From positions 33,294,001 through 33,358,000 of the forward strand of contig OX597831.1 in the NCBI GenBank assembly GCA_951406725.2: DNA of 64,000 nt, in the 5' to 3' direction. Positions 58,201 through 64,000 of the stretch are shown here, piece by piece (the stretch's first letter is position 1; every line of letters starts with the position of its first letter). The notes under the pieces were generated by a model, which had not been told where the DNA came from, did not search any database, and worked only from the letters and a program-made list of their open reading frames with translations. The stretch is from Octopus vulgaris. Lineage: Eukaryota. Position numbers and translations under genes: made by a program.

Positions 58201-59018
58201 TCAGCACACACATAGGAGAAAAACACATCATAATACAAAGATACATCTAAAGAAATACATACACATAATAAGAGAAAGATAAAGGGTTTTAACTGAACTA
58301 ATTAACCCAGTTTTTTAAACACGATACTTATTTTATTGTTTTTTTGGTGCCTTTTTTTTACTTAACTAAGTTATGGGAATGTAAACAAACCAACATTGGT
58401 TGAGGTGACAAACACAGCAGACACATATAGAGATACACACACACAAGATTAATCAGCCGAAATTGCGAAGATGATCCGGTTCATGACTGATGATTGAGGG
58501 CTTCGAATGTCCCGTCCGTGTTTTTTGTGTCGTCTTCTAAATGTTTCACGTTCTTGTCCCAGTTTGTATATTTTTTTACTTTTACATATATATATATATA
58601 CATACACACATATACATTTAGATATTGTGTACACATATGAATGGCTTCCACACAGTTTCCATCAGCCAGATTCACTCACAGGGTATAGGTCAGCACAGGG
58701 CTATAATTGTAGGACACTTGCTCAAGGTGCTGTGCAGTGGGACTGAACCTGAAACTATGTGGTTGTAAATCTTGCTTCTTAAACCACTTGACTATGCACC
58801 CCACTCCTTTTTTTTTTTTGTTAAACAATAAATAAAATATACAAAGTAAAAGAAAACAACAAGAAAAGAAAAAAATAAACAGTAATAGTCCTGGTTTGTT
58901 ATGAAATGATTTCTATAATATATCTTACGTTCAAGTTTTTTCCCTCGCGGTACAGAACATCATGGTTGATTTCTGAAGGGCCACTCACTTTGGAGGGATC
59001 ATACTCAAAAGAGGACTC
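37253..59018 (-). CDS. MSTO1: Protein misato homolog 1 (tubulin/FtsZ-like Misato/DML1 family), spliced, 13 coding exons in window, 5' end outside window
   Basis: Exons join in frame (1662 nt incl. TGA) with GT-AG at all junctions. Translation has Misato hallmarks: [79 protein letters not shown]. The N-terminal segment (EIxTLQxG..WWN type) was not found before 64000. Confidence 0.95.
38254..38369 (-). CDS. MSTO1: MSTO1 exon 13: [38 protein letters not shown]
   Basis: tcag|T ... G|gtaac; 116 nt, phase 2/1. Confidence 0.92.
40164..40265 (-). CDS. MSTO1: MSTO1 exon 12: [33 protein letters not shown]
   Basis: acag|A ... AA|gtaagt; 102 nt, phase 2/2; not in ORF track. Confidence 0.9.
41146..41327 (-). 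CDS. MSTO1: MSTO1 exon 11: [17 protein letters not shown]...[11 protein letters not shown]
   Basis: gcag|GTG ... TC|gtgagt; 182 nt, phase 0/2. Confidence 0.92.
42570..42895 (+). mobile_element. Short copy sharing the RTE 3' tail (family D)
   Basis: Matches ~46140-46515; other copies at ~34930, 39530, 43310, 48580, 49290, 54660, 55900-56430, 57560-57780, 59130, 63500. Confidence 0.75.
44282..44413 (-). CDS. MSTO1: MSTO1 exon 10: [24 protein letters not shown]...MSRK
   Basis: acag|CCT ... AAG|gtaag; 132 nt, phase 0/0. Confidence 0.95.
44910..46520 (+). mobile_element. RTE-clade LINE, 5'-truncated and degenerate, in MSTO1 intron 9
   Basis: [47 protein letters not shown], with a Cys-rich PHD-like segment (CSIC..CTQC..WTHKRC..CGRC); stops and frameshifts; 3' region ends gcatggaaaacggatgttaaac plus a degenerate (GAT)n tail. 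Confidence 0.88.
46575..46736 (-). CDS. MSTO1: MSTO1 exon 9: [18 protein letters not shown]...FPHVNYK
   Basis: ccag|ACT ... AAG|gtaag; 162 nt, phase 0/0. Confidence 0.93.
48167..48298 (-). CDS. MSTO1: MSTO1 exon 8: [44 protein letters not shown]
   Basis: gcag|GGT ... AAT|gtaag; 132 nt, phase 0/0; this frame is absent from the ORF track. Confidence 0.95.
49320..49558. repeat. Near-perfect inverted repeat: 105-bp arms, 29-nt loop
   Basis: 49320-49424 vs 49454-49558, two mismatches by eye. Confidence 0.93.
50315..50432 (-). CDS. MSTO1: MSTO1 exon 7: [39 protein letters not shown]
   Basis: ccag|T ... CAA|gtaag; 118 nt, phase 2/0; tubulin-like EECDxLQ motif. Confidence 0.95.
51131..51383 (+). 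pseudogene. Inverted intragenic copy of MSTO1 exon 3 plus donor site and ~135 nt of intron 3
   Basis: Reverse complement of 57759-58017; 7 substitutions in the 116-nt exon part, 1 in the next ~105 intronic nt, then a shorter (CAT)n and 2 more substitutions. Confidence 0.95.
51690..53007 (+). mobile_element. Helitron-like element in MSTO1 intron 6
   Basis: Duplicated motif tcttgaggttcac..caaacggctgggtgga (~51700 and ~52400); ends with ccgg..ctgg hairpin then CTAG|T; 5' boundary uncertain. Confidence 0.45.
53061..53217 (-). CDS. MSTO1: MSTO1 exon 6: INKREE...[32 protein letters not shown]
   Basis: atag|AG ... AG|gtacag; 157 nt, phase 1/2; VWSDFL..HLHP motif. Confidence 0.92.
53700..53992 (+). 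mobile_element. tRNA-derived SINE (family C)
   Basis: cagtggttagggcagcggactcgcagtcgtaggatcgcggtttcgattcc head; related heads at ~9290-9457 (-) and 43708 (+); its tail occurs alone at 3356-3478 and 23154-23277. Confidence 0.75.
54050..54545 (-). mobile_element. Old RTE-like LINE C-terminal fragment
   Basis: [31 protein letters not shown]. Confidence 0.7.
55289..55370 (-). CDS. MSTO1: MSTO1 exon 5: [27 protein letters not shown]
   Basis: ccag|GAA ... G|gtaaaa; 82 nt, phase 0/1, needed to keep frame between exons 4 and 6; acidic linker. Confidence 0.82.
56570..56645 (-). CDS. MSTO1: MSTO1 exon 4: [25 protein letters not shown]
   Basis: ccag|G ... GAG|gttggt; 76 nt, phase 2/0; first base completes the TGG codon begun in exon 3. 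Confidence 0.9.
57305..57530 (+). mobile_element. Decayed RTE-like 3' fragment
   Basis: [23 protein letters not shown], parallels 45820-46030. Confidence 0.55.
57900..58015 (-). CDS. MSTO1: MSTO1 exon 3: [38 protein letters not shown](W)
   Basis: ttcag|GGG ... TG|gtaag; 116 nt, phase 0/2; conserved TPRL..DLKGSL motif. Confidence 0.95.
58929..59018 (-). CDS. MSTO1: MSTO1 exon 2 (inferred number): [30 protein letters not shown]
   Basis: cag|GAG ... AAC|gtaag; 90 nt, phase 0/0. Confidence 0.93.
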
Positions 59019-59989
59019 CTGCAAAATAGTAATGATAATAATAATATTAACAACAACAACAATAATAATAATGATAATAATAATAATAATAATAATAATA
59101 ATAGCAACAATAATAAATAATTATTATCATCATCATCATTTAACGTCCGTTGTCCATGCTGGCATGGGTTGGACGGTTTGACCAGGGCTGGTAAGCTGGA
59201 AGGTTGTACCAGACTCCAGCCTGGTTTAGCATGTTTTTCTCCGGCTGGATGCCCTTCCTAATGCCAACCACTCCAAGAGTGTAATGGGTGCTTTAACATG
59301 CCACCAGCACGGGTGCCATTTGTGTGACACCGGCACAGGTGCCATTTGCATGACACTGGGATGCGTTTACTTGCCATCAGCATGGGTGCCAATTTGTGTG
59401 ACACCAATATCTGTCACAACTGCAATTTTGCTCAGCTTGATGGGTTTTTATTCTCAAGCACAACGTAATGCCAAAGATTTTGGTCATTGCCTCCATGAGG
59501 TCCAACACTTGAAAGGAAAATAATAATAATGGCTTCAAATTTTGCCACAAGGGCAGACATTTTGGGGGAGGAGATGTGTCGATTATATTGACCCCAGGAC
59601 TAAACTGGCACTTAATTTATCAACTCTGAAAGGATGAAAGGCAAAATTGACCTCAGCAGAATTTGAACTCAGAATGTGATGAAATACCTCTAAGTATTTC
59701 ACCCGGCATGCTAATGATTCTGCCAGCTCAACACCTTAATAGTAATAATAATAATAATAATCCTTTCTACTATAGGCACAAGACCTGAAATTGTGGGGTA
59801 GGGGACTAGTCAATTACACTGACCCCAGTGCTCAGCTGGTACTTAAATTATCGACCCCAGAAGGATGAAAAGCAAAGTTGACCTCAGCAGAATTTGAACT
59901 CAGAACATAAAGATGGATGAAATGCTGCTAAGCGTTTTGCCTGCTGTGCTAACGATTCTGCCAGGTTGCTGCCTTAACTCACCACCTTC

Positions 59990-60023
<34 letters not shown>

Positions 60024-60025
<2 letters not shown>

Positions 60026-60306
60026 GGTTAGCTTGAGAAGTTAAACAGTTGTGGACGATGAAAAAGGTAGCAGTAGTACCAATAATTGTTGGAGCCCTGG
60101 GAACAGTGAGCAAAAATCTCAAGAAATATGTGGAACAAATAGGGGCTGCAATAAAGGTAGAGCACTTGCAGAAAACAGCACTGCTTGGAACTGCTTGAAT
60201 ACTCCGGAAGGTGCTTGAAAAATAAGAGGTATTACCTTAGTTCACTGGTAGTGAACAGCTGACACTGTAATATATCTCCAGCGTTAGAAGCTGTGCAAAG
60301 GCAGTG

Positions 60307-60307
<1 letters not shown>
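60024..60307 (+). mobile_element. 3' fragment of the second R4/Dong-like family
   Basis: KKVAVVPIIVGALGTVSKNLKKYVEQIGAAIKVEHLQKTALLGTA; resembles reverse complement of ~5940-6207; in (AAT)n. Confidence 0.8.
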
Positions 60308-60343
<36 letters not shown>

Positions 60344-61022
60344 AAAATAATATGAATAATCCTTTCAAATTTAGGCCCATGGCCAGCAATTTTGAGGGGA
60401 GGGGCAAGCCAGTTTCACACTGACCCCTGTACTTGACTGGTACTGTATTTTTATCAAACCCCAAAAGAACAAAAGGCAAAGCTAACCTCAATATTTAACT
60501 ATTGTGTCTGGAATTCAAATCCTAACCTCCAGGGGCTCAATGAAAAAGTACCAGTTATTTACTGAGGTCCATTCAATTGACATGTAACCAGTGTTGGATA
60601 ATTTTATTATCCTCGTTATCGTTAAACTGTTTAAAATAAATGATTGTCATTATCTCTGTTGGATAATCCTCGTTATCTGCCAGTGAACTAAAGGATTAAA
60701 TGTTATTAAGGTCAACAGAGAGTGAGTGAAGGTCTAATTAATTATCGTTAGTAATAGCGAGTGAGATGAAGGTCTAGGCTAAGATCAATATTGCCAATCA
60801 TTATCACTCTGAATGTCTATTGATACAATAATTTTGAATTTCATTTCTTTACATCTTTTTTTTTTAGATCCTCCTGTGCCTCCCCTTCCCCCTACCCACC
60901 TCATCTCCAGACAATCGTGTCTTACCCTTTAGTGTGTTCTAGACTTTGCCATCATCATCATCATCACCATCATCTTACAGATGTTGTTTAACTTCTGTCT
61001 TCCACGCCGGCATGGGTTAGAC

Positions 61023-61306
61023 CAGTAGTTCCCAAACTTTATCAGGCAGCCGTCCCCTTGACACCCGGGCCACATCCCTAGTGTCCCCCACCCACCCCAC
61101 CCTCACAAACATAAACCTCTTTCTGAAGCAAATCCAAAGCAAGTGTATTTCACAAATAAAACTTAACCTAAAGAACCCATTATTTTGTTGTTTTTACATG
61201 AATCGCTCCTTTTGGCAACCCTATTATCACCCCACTTTTCTTCAACGCCTCTTTGGAATTTCCCACCGCCCCAGGAGGGCAATACTGCCCACTTTGGGAA
61301 CCACTG
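61023..61306. mobile_element. hAT (Charlie-type) MITE
   Basis: TIR cagtagttcccaaa / tttgggaaccactg; 8-bp target duplication ggttagac / ggtttgac. Confidence 0.8.
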
Positions 61307-61418
61307 GGTTTGACGATTCAAGAGAAGCTACCAAGCCAGAGGACTACAGTAAGAGGTGGGGCTGGAGAGAGGGTAGGGTGAACATAACTGCTTCTTATTT
61401 TCTCCTTTTATTTTTTAA

Positions 61419-62480
61419 CCCTTCAGTATTCAAATAACCCTGTCAAATGTAATGTTTATATACTCTCACTCTTTACTCTTTTACTTGTTTCAGTCATTTG
61501 ACTGCAGCCATGCTGGAGCACCGCCTTTAGTCGAGCAAATCGACCCCGGGACTTATTCTTCGTAAGCCCAGTACTTATTCTATTGGTCTCTTTTTTGCCG
61601 AACCGCTAAGTAACGGGAACGTAAACACACCAGCATCGGTTGTCAAGCAATGCTAGGGGGATAAACACAGACACACAAACACACACACATATATATATAT
61701 ACATATATACGACAGGCTTCTTTCAGTTTCCGTCTACCAAATCCACTCACAAGGCATTGGTCGGCCCGGGGCTATAGCAGAAGACACTCGCCCAAGATGC
61801 CACGCAGTGGGACTGAACCCGGAACCATGTGGTTGGTTAGCAAGCTATTTACCACACAGCCATTCACATTATTTTGAATTAATCAAGGTGGCAAACCTGA
61901 CAGAATTGTTAGCACGCCAGGCAAAATGCTTAACACCATTTCGCCCATCTTAACATTCTAAGTTCAAATTCAACCGAGGTCGTCTTTGCCTTTCATCCTC
62001 TCGGGGTTGATAATATAAGTACCAGTAAAACAACTGGGGTTGATGTAATCGACTGGTCTCCTACCCAGCAATTTCAGGCCTTGTGCCTATAGTAGAAAGG
62101 ATTATTATGTATTAATCATGGATGATCTTGTTGCTTTAAGATCTCAATGATGTGATTGTATATTTTTAGAATGATATTGTAGGGTAGGTGTGAGAGGCCT
62201 GATCTGATCAGTTTGACCATAAAACAAATAGAATATCTTGACCAAATATGGCCTGTCTAAATGCTAGTGAATTAAACTGGCCAAATCTGGCCCAAATATT
62301 TTCCCTGTTCTATGTTCAAACAGACCAGATCTAGCTTCTCACACCTACCCTACAATGTCATTGTAAAAATAAACAATCACATCATCGAAATCTCAAAGCT
62401 CTGAGATAATGCATGATTAATTCGAAACAATGTGAATAAATAATCATCACATTCGACAGAGTAATCTGAATGTTGAAGGG
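61419..62480. mobile_element. Palindromic piggyBac-like MITE interrupted by two SINEs
   Basis: TTAA|CCCTTCA ... TGAAGGG|TTAA; the halves are imperfect reverse complements once ~61465-61862 and ~61885-62105 are removed. Confidence 0.75.
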
Positions 62481-63032
62481 TTAATCAGGGACCAAGGCAA
62501 TGACTTTGAGCTTTTACAGAGCCCCTGAAATGGGTGGGTGGAAGGATATCTGCAAACCAGAAAACTAACCTGAATGTCTCATTATTCAACTGGTGTTGGG
62601 AACAAAAATTAACATGGAATTTTGATGAAAAGTTTTAACTTTTATTGACTTTGGCGCTTTTTGTTAGCATATTTCTGTCTAAATTCACAGCCTTTAAAAT
62701 TATGAAGAATTTGGCAAAATAACTTTATCCATATTCATCTGGTCTTTCAAACATAGATTAACATGAAATTTTGATGGAAGATTTTAATTTAGGATCACTT
62801 TAACCCTTTTGTTACCATATTTCTGTTGAAATATAGAACCTGTGTTTCAATCAATTTTGAAAATTATCAAGAATTTAGTAAAATAATTTTGTTATTATTA
62901 TTAAGCTAGTGTTTGGAACATAAATTAACATGTTTACAAAAGGACCAGCTGACTTCAGTGGGATTTGAACCCAAAGCAGATTTTGAAATATTATTTCACA
63001 TAGAAATGTGTGTTTGTGTTTATGTGTATGCA

Positions 63033-63066
<34 letters not shown>

Positions 63067-63441
63067 CGAGCAAAACGCCCCCCCCCCCCGTCCAATGGAC
63101 GGTGCTGAGTTGTCAAACATTTAAACCAAATTTTCTCAAAACAGCTTGTCCGAACATCCCATAGACCTTCCCTTTGAGAAACACTGATTTAACCTAAATT
63201 TGAGACACTAGCAAAAGAAGAAATAAAGATAGACTTTTTTTCTATTCCAAAGAAAAACAATTTCCCACGGCTTTATCAATCGCATTCTCACCTGGAATTG
63301 ATTTTTGTAATTTTTTCAAGACTTATACACGCCCTGATACCGTCGGTATCTACATATCAAATTTGAGCGCAATCGGATGGAGGATGCCCAAGATGCTAGA
63401 AGCCACAAATAGACAGACAGACAGAATGGATTTTATGTAAG

Positions 63442-63502
<61 letters not shown>

Positions 63503-63693
63503 AGCACCCATTACACTCTCGAAGTGGTTGGAATTAGGAAGGGCATCCAGCCATGCCAAACCAAACTGGAGTTTGGTACAGTCTTCCAGCATGCCAGCCT
63601 AGTCAAACCGTCCAACCCATACCAGCATTAACAACAGACATTAAATGATGATGATGTATGTATATATATATATACGCACATACACCCAAATAC

Positions 63694-63728
<35 letters not shown>

Positions 63729-64000
63729 TATAGTGGTGGTGGTAATGGCATTTCACCACTCTCAATGATTTCCAGACTAAGCAAACAAACCTACACACTT
63801 ATCACAAGGCACCCCAACCATGACCATCTCATCTGCTTGGTTCTCTTGTTCCCAATTTTTTCTGTTGAAATATGCAGCTTTTGTTTCAGTTAATTTTGAA
63901 AATAATGAATTTTTTTTTATATATATACCCAGGCCTATTCCCCATTTTGTTTTTAGGAAGGGGTAGCCTCAGCAAGACATACACCAGGCATTCCATTCAT

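Noticed and set aside
59019-64000. MSTO1 first exon or promoter
   Set aside because: No sequence encoding the expected N-terminal motif was found; the region is mostly repeats.

Overview
Eukaryotic, AT-rich, microsatellite-dense genomic DNA. The (TA)n, (CA)n, (AAT)n and (CAT)n tracts and the SINE families suggest an octopus or related coleoid cephalopod (inference). The only well-supported host gene is a minus-strand Misato/MSTO1 homologue. I assembled 13 coding exons (59018 to 37253) with GT-AG junctions and consistent phases, giving 553 codons plus stop; the first coding exon is not in the window, so exon numbering assumes it lies beyond 64000. The rest is transposon debris: R4/Dong-type elements in (TAA)n, RTE-clade LINE pieces, a Penelope-like ORF remnant, mariner, hAT and piggyBac-like MITEs, Helitron-like elements and at least four short-retroposon families. 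Most notable: (1) an inverted ~253-bp copy of exon 3 plus its donor site and intron flank inside intron 6, able to pair with the real exon in the pre-mRNA, with A:C mismatches at exonic adenosines and bracketing an in-frame three-exon block; (2) a near-perfect 105-bp hairpin in the next intron; (3) many minimal hammerhead-ribozyme-like motifs in Penelope-type repeats. Almost all ORFs in the supplied track are microsatellite artefacts.
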